Source: Dehalococcoidia bacterium (GTDB lineage: Bacteria; Chloroflexota; Dehalococcoidia; SZUA-161; SpSt-899). From it: a DNA stretch of 64,000 bases. The notes under the pieces were generated by a model. It had not been told where the DNA came from, did not search any database, and saw nothing but the letters and a program-made list of their open reading frames with translations. Position 1 is the stretch's first letter. Every line of letters begins with the position of its first letter. This document shows, piece by piece, positions 9,658-20,372 of this stretch. The stretch spans positions 31,486-95,485 of the forward strand of contig JBLYPS010000003.1 of NCBI GenBank assembly GCA_048539495.1. Direction: 5' to 3'. Made by a program: the position numbers and the translations under genes.

Positions 9658-11262
9658 TCAGAGATTGATGTTGGAGTATTTTCTCCAGACCTTCCAGGGG
9701 CAGGTTCCCGGTGTAACGAACTTATTCACCAGCAGGTCGAGAGCCCGATTGATATATTTCCGGGTATCGTGGGGCATGATTATATCGTCGATATACCCTC
9801 GCTCCGCCCCCACGTAGGGGTTTTCGTAAATCTCGCTATACTCTCGAACCCTTCTCGACTTCGTCTCTTCAGGGTTTTCGGCCTCTCTGATTTCCCGGGC
9901 GAAGATAACACTGGCCGCGGTGTCGGCCCCCACGATAGTGACACGCGCCGTGGGCCAGGCGAAGACGAAGTCAGCACCGATGCTCTTGTCCAACATCCCA
10001 TAGTGGGCCCCAGCGTAGGATTTCCTCAGGATGATGGAGACCAGCGGCACCGTGGCGTCCGACCAGGCAAAAAGCATCTTGGCACCGTGGCGCAAGATGC
10101 CGGCCCAATCTGACTGAGAGCCGATCACGAAACCGGGGCAATCCACCAGGGTCACCAGGGGAATATTAAAGAGGTCGCAGAACCGAATAAATCGCGCCCC
10201 TTTGTCCGAAGAATCGATATCCAGTATCCCGGCAGCCCATGTTGGCTGATTGGCCACTATGCCCACGGGGCGGCCGTTAAAGCGAGCAAACCCGGTAATC
10301 AGATTCTTGGCATAAAGTCCCAGCGTTTCCACGAAATGGCCGTCGTCTACCAGCACTTTGATCACCTTTTTCATATCGAAAGGTTTGAAGGGCTCTGCCG
10401 GGACAACGTCATCCAGCTCCGCCACAATGCGCTCGGGCGGGTCATCTGTCTTCGTCTGCGGGGGCCTCTCCCGATTACTTGCGGGGAAGAAATCCAGGAG
10501 CTCCCTGGCCTTATCTATGGCATCCTTGTCGTCTTCAGCCACGATGTGAGTCTGTCCGGACTTAACCGCGTGCGCCCGCCAGCCACTGAGCTCCGGAAGG
10601 CTGATATCTTCGCCTATTTGAGTCTTGACGAAGGCCGGCCCGGCGATGCCCATGAAGCCGGTCTCACGGGTCTGAATGAGGAAGTCCTGCATTATGGGGT
10701 GATATGCCTGCCCACCCAGGCAGGGTCCCAGCAGCAGAGCTATCTGAGGAATCACTCCTGAGGCCAGGTCCTGCATCCGGAATAGCCAGCCATAAGCCTC
10801 CAGAGTGTCCATCCCCTCCTGCAGTCTGGCCCCTCCAGAATCGTTAATGCCAATGACCGGCCATCCCCTTTCCATGGCGAACTGAATGGCGTAGGTCTCT
10901 TTTTTGCCATGGTATTCGCCGAATGACCCGGCCATGGCAGAGAAGTCTTCCGAGAAAGAGACCACCCAGCGACCGTTTACCTTGCCATAGGCAGTAATAA
11001 CCCCCTCGGCCGGAATCCAGGCCTTATCCATCCCGAAATGGACCGTTCTGTTTCTAATGTGCATTCCGATCTCGGTGTAATCCCCCTCGTCGAAGAGGTA
11101 TGCCAGCCTTTCCCGCGCATCGAGCTGCCCCGCCTGGCGACGTCTATCGAGTACCTTTGGGTCGCCCAGTTGCATTATCCGCCGACGTTTCTCTTCCAGC
11201 TCCTGGTATAAATCCTCCCTCGATTTGTATACCCCGCCGGGGTATTCATGCCATTCTGACAT
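9658..11262 (-). CDS. Acyl-CoA carboxylase carboxyltransferase subunit (propionyl-CoA carboxylase beta-like)
   Basis: The 534-aa product has a carboxyltransferase N/C-domain architecture, including 'SGGARLQEG' and 'GGAYSPALTDF-like' regions. Confidence 0.85.
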   Translation of the reverse strand: MSEWHEYPGGVYKSREDLYQELEEKRRRIMQLGDPKVLDRRRQAGQLDARERLAYLFDEGDYTEIGMHIRNRTVHFGMDKAWIPAEGVITAYGKVNGRWVVSFSEDFSAMAGSFGEYHGKKETYAIQFAMERGWPVIGINDSGGARLQEGMDTLEAYGWLFRMQDLASGVIPQIALLLGPCLGGQAYHPIMQDFLIQTRETGFMGIAGPAFVKTQIGEDISLPELSGWRAHAVKSGQTHIVAEDDKDAIDKARELLDFFPASNRERPPQTKTDDPPERIVAELDDVVPAEPFKPFDMKKVIKVLVDDGHFVETLGLYAKNLITGFARFNGRPVGIVANQPTWAAGILDIDSSDKGARFIRFCDLFNIPLVTLVDCPGFVIGSQSDWAGILRHGAKMLFAWSDATVPLVSIILRKSYAGAHYGMLDKSIGADFVFAWPTARVTIVGADTAASVIFAREIREAENPEETKSRRVREYSEIYENPYVGAERGYIDDIIMPHDTRKYINRALDLLVNKFVTPGTCPWKVWRKYSNINL

Positions 11263-11290
11263 CTTGGACTTCCTCCTTTAGTAACTATTC

Positions 11291-11340
11291 AGGGCTATTA
11301 GGCTGTAGGCTATTAGGCTAACAGCCTTCAGCCTAAAAGG
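11291..11340. repeat. Family B palindromic repeat
   Basis: The sequence is 'gggctattaggctgtaggctattaggctaacagccttcagcctaaaagg'. It overlaps the tyrS stop codon. Confidence 0.45.
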
Positions 11341-12602
11341 CTACTTACGGCGTTAACAATCCTCGCCCAGCGGCGCTTGCCTACCCGAATCACACTGCCA
11401 CTACGGAAGATCAACTCCCCTTCCCCTTCTCCGCTTGCAATAAGCATATCATCTCGCTGAACTACTTTCATGTCGCGGGATATTCGCATTCCATCGACCT
11501 CGACCGCCCCTTGAGAAATCAGCCGTTTTGCTTCGCTCTTGCTGCCGGCTAGCTTCAGCTCGCAAATCATCCCTGAAACGGTGGCCGACTCCGACAACCT
11601 TTCAAATGATATCACGTACTCAGGGATTTCATCGGGCTGCTCTTTCAGTTGGACTTGCTTTTCAAAACGAAGTTCCGCTTCCCCTGCCGCCTCTTGCCCG
11701 TGGAACTGGCACACGATCTCACTGGCCAGGCGCTTCTTGAGGGTCATTGGATTCACCAGGCCCGATGCCAGTTGCTGCCTGAATCCCGCTATCTCCTCAT
11801 CGGGAACGTCGGTTATCATCTCAAAATAGTCCATAATCAGATGGTCCGCGACTGACATCAGCTTGCCGAACATTTCGTTGGGGGGATCTTCGACGGTGAT
11901 GTAGTTCCCCAGGCTCTTGGACATCTTCATCCGGCCATCGGTACCCACCAGGAGCGGTGTCATAAAAACCTGCTGGGGACGCTGACCGACTGTCTGCTGG
12001 AGCTCCCGCCCCATGAGGAAGTTGAATTTCTGGTCGGCACCACCGAGCTCGACATCAGCTTCGATCATGACCGAATCATAAGCTTGGAGCAGGGGATACA
12101 GGAGCTCGGTGAGGGCAATGGGGCGTCCCGCTGCCTGCCTGCTGGAGAAGTCCTCCCGTGCCATGATTTGAGCGACGGTGAATTTGCTGGTGAGACGGAT
12201 GACATCAGCCAGGCCGAATTTCCCGAACCATTCGCTCTGCCACTTTACCTCTGTCCTATCGCGGTCAACCACCTTGAAGAACTGCTTCATGTAGGTCTCG
12301 GCATTGGCCCGCACCTCATCTGCGGTAAGCATGGGACGAGTCTGAGATTGACCGCTGGGATCGCCGATCTGAGCTGTCCAGTCACCGACTATGAGAATCA
12401 CCTTATGCCCCAGCTCTTGAAACTGACGCAGTTTTCGGAGTCCAACCACATGGCCGAGATGAATATCGGGACGGCTGGGGTCGAAGCCTTCCTTTAGTCG
12501 CAGCGGTTTGCCCGACTCCAGCATGCGACGGAGTTCCTCCTCGATGATGATCTCGGCGACACCGCGTCTCAACAGGCGATCAAGGTCTTTACTCATGGAC
12601 AT
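11328..12602 (-). CDS. tyrS: Tyrosyl-tRNA synthetase
   Basis: The 'HLGH' region, 'KMSKSLGN' motif and C-terminal S4 domain match TyrS. Confidence 0.9.
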   Translation of the reverse strand: MSMSKDLDRLLRRGVAEIIIEEELRRMLESGKPLRLKEGFDPSRPDIHLGHVVGLRKLRQFQELGHKVILIVGDWTAQIGDPSGQSQTRPMLTADEVRANAETYMKQFFKVVDRDRTEVKWQSEWFGKFGLADVIRLTSKFTVAQIMAREDFSSRQAAGRPIALTELLYPLLQAYDSVMIEADVELGGADQKFNFLMGRELQQTVGQRPQQVFMTPLLVGTDGRMKMSKSLGNYITVEDPPNEMFGKLMSVADHLIMDYFEMITDVPDEEIAGFRQQLASGLVNPMTLKKRLASEIVCQFHGQEAAGEAELRFEKQVQLKEQPDEIPEYVISFERLSESATVSGMICELKLAGSKSEAKRLISQGAVEVDGMRISRDMKVVQRDDMLIASGEGEGELIFRSGSVIRVGKRRWARIVNAVSSLLG

Positions 12603-12613
12603 ACCTTCCTATT

Positions 12614-13537
12614 CTATTCGATTGGCAATGCCCTTGCAATAGTGACATCGCTTTCCATCTGCGCTTTCAGCGCATCTGGTGTCTCAAACTTCATCTCGTC
12701 ACGCAATCTGCTGACGAATTCAATAGTGAGCTCACGCCCATATAGATCGCCATTGAAATCCAGGATGTATGTTTCTATGGTACGCTCTCCAGGATCGAAG
12801 GTGGGCCTAACTCCGATGCTGGTCACTGCTCGGTAGACGGCATTGTTGAGATGAGCTAGGGTGAAGTAGATGCTATCAGCCGGCCGGACGTGACTCTTGG
12901 GTACGCTCAGGTTAGCGGTGGGAAAGCCCAATAGTTTGCCACCGCGATGATTACCAGGCACCACGGTGCCACTCAACCGGAAGCGTCTGCCCAGCATCCT
13001 GGGTATATTCTCTACATCACCCTCAGCCAGGCCCTGGCGAATGGCAGTGCTGCTTACCACTTGCTCCCCAATCATCATCGGAGGAATTACATCTACGGCG
13101 AAGTCAAACTCCTGCCCCAGGGAGCGAAGTACGTCGGCATTTCCCTCCCGACGCTGGCCGAGGGCAAAATCCGGGCCGATTACCAGCCGGCGCATTCCCA
13201 GATATTCCTTGAGCAACCTCACAAACTCCCGGGCGGTAAGCTGAGCTAGCTCGTTGGTGAAGGAAAGAACGACAACGTGATCCACCCCGAGGTCCTGGAT
13301 CAATTCGATTCGCTCCTCCATGCTGGTCAGGTAAGGCAACTCGGCATGTGGAGCGAGCAGGGCTTTGGGATGCCAGTTGAAGGTAACCACCCCGCTGAGG
13401 AGTCCTGCCTCTCTTGATTTCTCTTTCAGCTTGCTCATGAGATGCTGATGACCGAGATGTACCCCATCAAATACCCCGATAGTCAGCACCGTCTCCCGTG
13501 CCGGCAGCGTTTTAGTCAGCTCGTCTCTTATACTCAT
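12614..13537 (-). CDS. ribF: Bifunctional riboflavin kinase / FAD synthetase
   Basis: The FAD-synthetase N-terminus 'LTIGVFDGVHLGHQHL' plus a riboflavin-kinase C-terminus are present. The start is set at MSIRDEL. Confidence 0.85.
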   Translation of the reverse strand: MSIRDELTKTLPARETVLTIGVFDGVHLGHQHLMSKLKEKSREAGLLSGVVTFNWHPKALLAPHAELPYLTSMEERIELIQDLGVDHVVVLSFTNELAQLTAREFVRLLKEYLGMRRLVIGPDFALGQRREGNADVLRSLGQEFDFAVDVIPPMMIGEQVVSSTAIRQGLAEGDVENIPRMLGRRFRLSGTVVPGNHRGGKLLGFPTANLSVPKSHVRPADSIYFTLAHLNNAVYRAVTSIGVRPTFDPGERTIETYILDFNGDLYGRELTIEFVSRLRDEMKFETPDALKAQMESDVTIARALPIE

Positions 13538-13539
13538 CT

Positions 13540-14625
13540 TCAATGGTCCAGCGCTTTCTCTATCTCCTCCCGCCATATCTCCACGCGCCGGGCGAAGGCT
13601 CGCACCAGGCCGAAGCAGCCGGTGAGCATCATGTCCCCATAGGGCACAGCGAAATACGGCTTGAGCTTTGAGCCCACCATTAGATTGCGCTGTGGACCAG
13701 TTACGGTAACGAAGGGCACCTCGCTGCTCTTTTCGATGATGAGGCAGCCATGCCCATCATCGTTATACACCTCTTCGTTGGTGAGCTCTCCTCTGACCAG
13801 CTTCAGGATCAGGTTATCCATCTTTTCCCTGTCGAGGAAGCGGGTGTGGTGCTCAAAGAACCCCATGATCACGTCCTGGTGACAGTGAAAGGCGAGGGTG
13901 TGGAAATTGCCCACATTGACCATCACCCGGTGTGAGTGTCGGGCGACCTCCCGGTCCTCCCCGGCGCCAATGGCAGCAGCCACGGGGGTATCCAGCAAGA
14001 GCAAGGGCAAATCGCGATCCAGTCTCTGGACCACTGCCTTCATTCGAGTAAGGTGAGGCGGAATCTCCTCAGCGAGGTAGGCGAAAGCAATCAGCCCTTT
14101 TCTCTTCTCTGCCACCTGGCGCAGGCAGTGAAACCGAAACCGTCGGTCGCTCATGCCGGGGGGAGCCACCCCGTGGTCCAGGACAGCGACCGCTATGGCA
14201 TCGAGTCTGGCTTCGACATTAAAGGCCTTGAGAGCCTTCTCCACCGCGGCGAGGTCAAGGTCCTTAGTCTCAATTCTCTCGACCTCTTTGCCTTCTGGAG
14301 CCTTATCCTCAGGCACGATGCTCACCCCCCATCTGGCTACCTCTTCGAGGTCGTCATCGAAGGTTGTCGCCGCCTCGGGGGTGGCATAGGCCTCAAGTCC
14401 AGCCTTGAGATGTTCGGCAAGAGCCCTCTTTGAGGGACCACCGCCGGCGTTCACGCCGCTGAAGAAGACAGCGCGTCTTGCTCTCGTTACCGCCCTGATC
14501 TTCTGAGCCAGGATGGAGGTTGGCGACGGCATTATCATCTTGACGCAATTCTCCATCGTCTGCGTGCTATCGAAGAGCAGGATGTCCTGAGTCAGTCCGC
14601 CGATGTCTAAAGCTAAGATTCGCAT
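13540..14625 (-). CDS. ASKHA-superfamily (DUF1786/hydantoinase-like) protein
   Basis: The N-terminus 'MRILALDIGGLTQD' is typical of acetate/sugar kinase-fold proteins. The exact family is uncertain. Confidence 0.4.
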   Translation of the reverse strand: MRILALDIGGLTQDILLFDSTQTMENCVKMIMPSPTSILAQKIRAVTRARRAVFFSGVNAGGGPSKRALAEHLKAGLEAYATPEAATTFDDDLEEVARWGVSIVPEDKAPEGKEVERIETKDLDLAAVEKALKAFNVEARLDAIAVAVLDHGVAPPGMSDRRFRFHCLRQVAEKRKGLIAFAYLAEEIPPHLTRMKAVVQRLDRDLPLLLLDTPVAAAIGAGEDREVARHSHRVMVNVGNFHTLAFHCHQDVIMGFFEHHTRFLDREKMDNLILKLVRGELTNEEVYNDDGHGCLIIEKSSEVPFVTVTGPQRNLMVGSKLKPYFAVPYGDMMLTGCFGLVRAFARRVEIWREEIEKALDH

Positions 14626-14640
14626 TTAAAGAAGACCGAA

Positions 14641-14700
14641 GGCTAAAGGCTGAAGGAGGCTAATAGGCACTTCAGCCTTCAGCCTAACAGCCTAACAAAT
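14641..14700. repeat. Family B palindromic repeat
   Basis: The sequence is 'ggctaaaggctgaaggaggctaataggcacttcagccttcagcctaacagcctaac'. It overlaps the serS stop codon. Confidence 0.45.
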
Positions 14701-15951
14701 TGCATCCACGCCCATGTATGTTCGCAGCACCTCGGGCACCGTTATGCTGCCATCACCCTGCTGATAGTTTTCCAGAACAGCGATGAGGATGCGAGGCAAG
14801 GCCAGCCCGGAGCCGTTCAGGGTGTGGGCAAACTGTGGTTTGGCGCCCACATCGGGGCGATAGCGTACATTGGCCCGTCGTGCCTGGAAATCGGTGCAGT
14901 TGGAGCAGGAGCTTACCTCCAGCCACTCGCCGCACCCAGGGGCCCAGACCTCAATGTCGTAGGATTTCGCGGAGGCAAAGCCGAGGTCAGCGGCGCACAA
15001 CTGCACTATCCGATACGCCAGCCCCAGTTTACCACACACCACTGCGGCATCTTCCACCATTTTCTCCAACTCCTCATCGGAGGTATCTGCTTCGACGAAC
15101 TTGTAGAGTTCAACCTTATCGAACTGATGACCTCGCTTGATCCCGCGGGTGTCTTTCCCGGCCGACATCTTCTCCCGGCGGAAGCAGGCGGTAAAGGCCA
15201 CGTGGTAGATCGGCAGGGTGCCCGGTGGCAGAATCTCACCGCGGTAGAGGTTGGTCAGGGGAACCTCGGCGGTGGGGACGAACCAGAAGTCATCCTGCTG
15301 ATCGTGGTAGAGGTTATCGGCAAACTTGGGCAGATTCCCTGATCCCACCATGCACTCCCGCTTGACCATAAAAGGGGGATATATCTCGGTGTACCCGTGT
15401 TCCTTGATATGCAGATCAAGCATGAAATCGATCAGCGCTCGTTGCAGTCGGGCTCCCAATCCTTTGAGCACATAGAAGCGAGAGCCGGAGAGCTTAACTC
15501 CTCTCTCAAAGTCAATGATTCCCAAAGCCTCACCCAGCTCCCAGTGGGGACGCGGCTTAAAATCGAACTGGCGGCGCTCGCCCCGGGAGCGCACCACTAC
15601 GTTGTCGGCTTCGCCTTCGCCAGGGGGGACGCTGGGATGGGGGATGTTGGGGATGCGCAGGAGGATGTCGGTAAGCTGCTCCGATAGCCTAGTCTCTTCC
15701 TGCTCCAGCGTTTTGATGCGTTCGCCCACCTGCCGCATATCGGCAATGAGGTCAGAGGGCTTCTCTTTCATTCGGCCCAGTTCTCTGCTCACTTCGTTGC
15801 GCCGCGCTCGGAGGGCCTCAATCTCCTGCAAGAGCTTGCGATGCTCCCCATCCAGACGAATAATCTCATCGAGAGGGGCATCATCATGGCGCCTGGCTAA
15901 CGCCTCTCGGAGGATGTCAGGGTTTTGGCGAATGAACTGTATGCTAAGCAT
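14692..15951 (-). CDS. serS: Seryl-tRNA synthetase
   Basis: An N-terminal coiled-coil and a class II catalytic core are present in a 419-aa product. Confidence 0.9.
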   Translation of the reverse strand: MLSIQFIRQNPDILREALARRHDDAPLDEIIRLDGEHRKLLQEIEALRARRNEVSRELGRMKEKPSDLIADMRQVGERIKTLEQEETRLSEQLTDILLRIPNIPHPSVPPGEGEADNVVVRSRGERRQFDFKPRPHWELGEALGIIDFERGVKLSGSRFYVLKGLGARLQRALIDFMLDLHIKEHGYTEIYPPFMVKRECMVGSGNLPKFADNLYHDQQDDFWFVPTAEVPLTNLYRGEILPPGTLPIYHVAFTACFRREKMSAGKDTRGIKRGHQFDKVELYKFVEADTSDEELEKMVEDAAVVCGKLGLAYRIVQLCAADLGFASAKSYDIEVWAPGCGEWLEVSSCSNCTDFQARRANVRYRPDVGAKPQFAHTLNGSGLALPRILIAVLENYQQGDGSITVPEVLRTYMGVDAIC

Positions 15952-15992
15952 GGGTGCGTTTACTCCTTTGTTCTCCTTTGGGACATACCCTG

Positions 15993-18560
15993 CTATATAG
16001 TAGAGATTAATTCTTTAACGCTTTTGAATCTGTACTTTTCAAACTCTTCCTGGTCAACTCTTATGAATGACCACTTATTCCCTGACAAGCCCGTAGCATC
16101 CTTGCACCATTTCTTCATCCTGTTGTCTTTATGCTCAACATCAACATCTTCTCTTCCTTTTGTTTCAATAATTATCTGTTCGCTGTTATCAGTTACTGCT
16201 ACAAAATCAGGGTAGTACAATCTAAGGTTACCCTTCGAGTCTCTATATTCTACAAAGAATCCTATTTTCGGAACGATTTTGCTGAAAGCCGTTACATCAT
16301 CAGCTCTATCCAAAAATTTGGCAAAATCTGCCTCAAAATCATTATCGCAAGGGACGTAGTTAAAGGGGCATCTGTTGGCTGGATAAACCAATTTTGACCA
16401 TACAAACGGTCTTGTATCCGAGACTTTTATGGTGTCCCTCTTTTCGGGTTCTCTTTCGATGAAGGTCATCTCTTTGAACGCATTCACAAATAACTTCATC
16501 AACTGTTCCTGAACATCTGGGGAACTCAATTTGTAAAGTACTTTTGGGTCTTCAAGGTCAATTTGCTGAGTAAACAATTTTTCCACAACATATTTTTTCA
16601 CCAGCGGATAAAAACTCGTAAAAGCACCACCTATCTTCAACCGCTTAAGTATCTGATCGGTATAATAGGCAATTACGCTTTTAGAATCCTGAGGCACAGG
16701 TAAATCCCATTTTCTTTTTATAACTTCCATACCTCTGAGCATATCCACAGCAACATATTCCATTTCTAAGACCTTATTCTCCAGAGGGATGTTCATAGGA
16801 GGCAAGTTATTAACATCCACCTCACTTAAATGAAATTCTCTTATGAAAATTCTTGGACTCAAGATAGGTATTTCAATGTCCCTATCCAATTTATTTTCAT
16901 CTACGAATATGGTGGTTAAATTAAGCGACTTTCCGGTGTCAAACTCAGCAAACTTTATCCCCTCCTGTTTTTCTAATTTTTCAAGAATATCTGTTAACCC
17001 TGGGGGGCCAATCACCTCAAGAACATTTACTGATTTGTCTATTGATGTATCTTCTCCTGGAAACATTTTCCTTAAACCCCGCCCAATGACCTGTTCCGGG
17101 AGCACCTCTCTTTTTGATCCATAGGACCTTAATCCCACAATGACGTTAACATTTCTCACGTCCCAACCCTCGTTTAGCATCATCGTACTGACTATTGCCT
17201 CTACACCATGAGGGAATAACTTTTCCAGCTCTTGATCCAGTGATATCTTCTCAGGGTCATCAATAAGCTTCGCCACCTTTCTCGCCTTGGGCAAGTCTGC
17301 TTTTTTAACCTCTCCGGTGCTATCTGTGTGTATCAGCAATACCTTACCCTTAAGGTCAGGAACAGCAGAAATATATTCAAATACCTCGTCTGCCTCCTCG
17401 TTCTCAGGGCATTGAAAGAACAGCACCGGCTTTTTTGATAATGGTTGTAGTGCCTTTTTGTATTCCCGCCATCTCCTTATCCCGGCATCAATCCATGCCC
17501 TATATCTCTCGACTACATTAGTTGATGCAATCTCTTCAGCATTCTTGACCATCCCCTTCAATGGTAACTTTACGATATTCATTTCAATTGCTTCCTTGAG
17601 CGAGAAGTCCACGATAATCCAGGGGAACAAAGCCCCGGCCTCGGTTTTAGGCGTAGCCGAGAAGTCCAGCTCCATATTTATGCCTTTACCGTGTTCAGAC
17701 ACCAGATTCTTGTTAAGATCAAGAAGTATCTTCTTCCATGCCTTTTCAAAACTGTAGATATGATGTGCTTCATCTTTCAAAATCATTATATTGGGACAGG
17801 AAGTTAAGACCTCCTTTATTCTGTTCTCCTGATAAATATCAGAAACATTATAAACCTCGGGCAATTCCATAACTTTATCTACATATTGTTCTACTTCTTC
17901 CTTTTTGCTCTGTCTTTGTTCCAACTGCTGGATATTGGTCACAAACAGCACACCCTCAGGAATAACATGAATCGGGTCTTCCTTAAGAATTACTTTGAGG
18001 TTAAATTCTTCCTGCCACTCTGGTGGAATAAGTGGCAATTCTCTGAATATTTTCCCATCCTCAAAATCTCTTGTAAGCCTGTCATAAATGATGTTTTTGT
18101 CACCCGCAATAACCAGAAATTTGGGGGTATAACCATCACTGTTTTCTTTTTTGTGATTGAAGTACTGCCATATAATGCTTATTGCCATGACGAAGGTTTT
18201 GCCGGAGCCTGTTGCCATTTTAAAGGCGTAAAGCGGATATTGATCATAAGAAGGGTCATACGCCTGTATAGCTCCTGCTCCGAAATCCCTTGCCATGTCT
18301 ATAAAGTTGCGTTTTTTCATCACTTCATAAACGTAAACCAATGTTTCAATCGCTTCCCTCTGGCAGAACCAGAACTCAAAAGGCTCACCATCTACAATAT
18401 GGTCTTCACTAAACCAGAATTGCAGCAGGCGGCGGGTGGTGTCGGTTGTCTTGGGATAGCCCTGTTCTCGCCAGGCGAAAACTGCCTTGCGAAGCTCATT
18501 GACTAAATAGGCTTCGCTTGTGCGTCTTTGTTGTGGATACAAAAGTTCGGCCGGTTTCAT
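15993..18560 (-). CDS. res: Type III restriction endonuclease Res subunit (SF2 helicase plus C-terminal PD-(D/E)xK nuclease)
   Basis: Motif I 'MATGSGKTFVMA', a DEAH box 'LKDEAHHIY', and a C-terminal 'YYPDFVAV...IIIETKG' nuclease motif. The gene lies in a low-GC region. Confidence 0.85.
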   Translation of the reverse strand: MKPAELLYPQQRRTSEAYLVNELRKAVFAWREQGYPKTTDTTRRLLQFWFSEDHIVDGEPFEFWFCQREAIETLVYVYEVMKKRNFIDMARDFGAGAIQAYDPSYDQYPLYAFKMATGSGKTFVMAISIIWQYFNHKKENSDGYTPKFLVIAGDKNIIYDRLTRDFEDGKIFRELPLIPPEWQEEFNLKVILKEDPIHVIPEGVLFVTNIQQLEQRQSKKEEVEQYVDKVMELPEVYNVSDIYQENRIKEVLTSCPNIMILKDEAHHIYSFEKAWKKILLDLNKNLVSEHGKGINMELDFSATPKTEAGALFPWIIVDFSLKEAIEMNIVKLPLKGMVKNAEEIASTNVVERYRAWIDAGIRRWREYKKALQPLSKKPVLFFQCPENEEADEVFEYISAVPDLKGKVLLIHTDSTGEVKKADLPKARKVAKLIDDPEKISLDQELEKLFPHGVEAIVSTMMLNEGWDVRNVNVIVGLRSYGSKREVLPEQVIGRGLRKMFPGEDTSIDKSVNVLEVIGPPGLTDILEKLEKQEGIKFAEFDTGKSLNLTTIFVDENKLDRDIEIPILSPRIFIREFHLSEVDVNNLPPMNIPLENKVLEMEYVAVDMLRGMEVIKRKWDLPVPQDSKSVIAYYTDQILKRLKIGGAFTSFYPLVKKYVVEKLFTQQIDLEDPKVLYKLSSPDVQEQLMKLFVNAFKEMTFIEREPEKRDTIKVSDTRPFVWSKLVYPANRCPFNYVPCDNDFEADFAKFLDRADDVTAFSKIVPKIGFFVEYRDSKGNLRLYYPDFVAVTDNSEQIIIETKGREDVDVEHKDNRMKKWCKDATGLSGNKWSFIRVDQEEFEKYRFKSVKELISTI

Positions 18561-18562
18561 AG

Positions 18563-18943
18563 CTATACCGCCGCTATTTGTTGTAGTTTTTCTAAAGTCC
18601 TTTTGGATAAATCAAGTGCAGTTTTTGCTCTCTGGGCATCAATACTCGCCTCACCTTCGTAATCAGCATCTTTTCTTTCCTTCCATAAGCGACGCAGGTT
18701 CTTGGCTATCTTCTTCTCCACATTACGTGATAATCCTTGGTATCTCTCCCTTACAAACTTGTGAGTGTCAACCCTTGGAATGGGTATGTTTTTAGCAATA
18801 AGATGATTCCTTGCAATACAAAATATGCCGTAATAAGAGCGACTCATTGCCGAACGCAGATAGGCTTCTCGCAAATCTACTTTTTCTTGGCAGGATATAA
18901 GTTCGTCAGCCAATTGGATATACAACTCCCAATTAAAACTCAT
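18563..18943 (-). CDS. Hypothetical protein in the restriction-modification operon
   Basis: The 126-aa ORF shows the usual operon coupling, with 3 nt between its stop and the res start. It is low GC. 'SRSYYGIFCIARNHL' is vaguely HEPN-like. Confidence 0.4.
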   Translation of the reverse strand: MSFNWELYIQLADELISCQEKVDLREAYLRSAMSRSYYGIFCIARNHLIAKNIPIPRVDTHKFVRERYQGLSRNVEKKIAKNLRRLWKERKDADYEGEASIDAQRAKTALDLSKRTLEKLQQIAAV

Positions 18944-19353
18944 CTTGGTCTCACCATTATTTCAAGTATATTACTAATATCGTCATCTACATAAAGCCAC
19001 CACTCCTCATCCAATCTATCTAAAAGATTCAGGGAGTCTTCAGGTGATAAGTTAGTTTTTATGATAATAAAAAGTCCTTCGAAATCTTCCTCGTGGTCGT
19101 GGTGAAGTTCTAACTCAAGAACAATATCATTACCAAACACACGTCTAATTTGCCAAAAGGCCTCTAACAAGACAGCCAATAATTCATGCTCTATAATGAA
19201 ACTTATAATTTCTGCTTCAGGATTGATAAAACTATATAATTGAAAGAGAGAGCTGACATTATCGGGCATAAAAAGTTCATTTTCTGTCAATGCTTCCGGG
19301 AAAGTCAAGGTTGTCATTTCTTTTCCTCTCCCTACCGCATTCTCACTACTCAT
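18940..19353 (-). CDS. Hypothetical acidic protein in the restriction-modification operon
   Basis: The 137-aa ORF has 4-nt overlaps with both neighbours and is low GC. Confidence 0.4.
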   Translation of the reverse strand: MSSENAVGRGKEMTTLTFPEALTENELFMPDNVSSLFQLYSFINPEAEIISFIIEHELLAVLLEAFWQIRRVFGNDIVLELELHHDHEEDFEGLFIIIKTNLSPEDSLNLLDRLDEEWWLYVDDDISNILEIMVRPR

Positions 19354-19356
19354 ACC

Positions 19357-20160
19357 TCACACCTCTATTTTTATTATCTTATTCGTATCGTTCCCAAATA
19401 CATCCACTACTTTAACCATTAGCTGATATTCCCCTGCCTCATCGTATGTGTGCATGGCTTCATAATCTACTTTCGGATTCTTTTTCACCCTGAAACTCTG
19501 CCACTGATTGTGGAAGGTGTCGCCTTTATAATCCCAATCAACCGCCCAGTAATCTATGAGTTCCCTTGAATCCTTTACCCTGCTGGCAATCTCTGCAAGC
19601 TCTGCGGTTGGTGCAAGTTGAAAGTCGGTGATTTTTAACGTTACTTCATTATCTTTAACTTTAGTTTCAATCTCCAGATAGGCAACCTCCGGGAATTTTA
19701 CATATTTCGAGAGTTCCTTTGCAACAACGTCATCCCTTATTTTCAGTAGTTGCAGGTCTAAACCTACTAAAGAGGATTTGATTTCATTCACGGATGGTAT
19801 CTGGATGAGTTTCAAATCAACGCTGTTCTTCTTTGCCAGGTCTTTCGCCAGTTCATTGACGTCATAACTCCACTCCCAGCCCAATATATCTGCTTTGTTG
19901 AAGTTATTTGCCCGGCACTCAATTACTACTTTTTCAACTTCGCCCATCGTCACAGGGGCATTCAACGGGCCAACATGAACCGCCCTGTTCCCCATCCTGC
20001 CATGCAGATATCTGAAGTCTCTTAATGGTTGCGCTTGATAGAGTTTAAGCATAAAGGCAAGGTATTCATCCTCTCTTTCCTGCCAGTAAACCGTTTCATA
20101 ATTGCCGATATTCCAGAGCTCAAAGGGTCTTGCGGGTTTATCATACTTTCTAGCGCTCAT
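19357..20160 (-). CDS. Hypothetical protein with an Ig-like C-terminus in the restriction-modification operon
   Basis: The 267-aa ORF has a 4-nt overlap with the upstream small ORF. Its C-terminus 'YQLMVKVVDVFGNDTNKIIKIEV' looks beta-sandwich-like. Confidence 0.45.
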   Translation of the reverse strand: MSARKYDKPARPFELWNIGNYETVYWQEREDEYLAFMLKLYQAQPLRDFRYLHGRMGNRAVHVGPLNAPVTMGEVEKVVIECRANNFNKADILGWEWSYDVNELAKDLAKKNSVDLKLIQIPSVNEIKSSLVGLDLQLLKIRDDVVAKELSKYVKFPEVAYLEIETKVKDNEVTLKITDFQLAPTAELAEIASRVKDSRELIDYWAVDWDYKGDTFHNQWQSFRVKKNPKVDYEAMHTYDEAGEYQLMVKVVDVFGNDTNKIIKIEV

Positions 20161-20372
20161 GGTTCATTTTTCCTACTATGTTCTTTATGTGATTGGCTCA
20201 AAAAATCTTCCATACCTATCCCAAATTTATTTTCAAAGCCCTTCTTTGCAATATCTTCATATTCACTGAAATTGGCAATAAACAAATCTAATAGGCTGGA
20301 AACACAATATTTACAACCACCGTCACACTCAAAAATTATCTCAATTACTTTTTGAGCTTCATCTTTTCTCAT
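20157..20372 (-). CDS. Small Cys-containing hypothetical protein
   Basis: The 71-aa ORF has the motif 'CDGGCKYC' and is translationally coupled to mod and the next ORF. Confidence 0.3.
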   Translation of the reverse strand: MRKDEAQKVIEIIFECDGGCKYCVSSLLDLFIANFSEYEDIAKKGFENKFGIGMEDFLSQSHKEHSRKNEP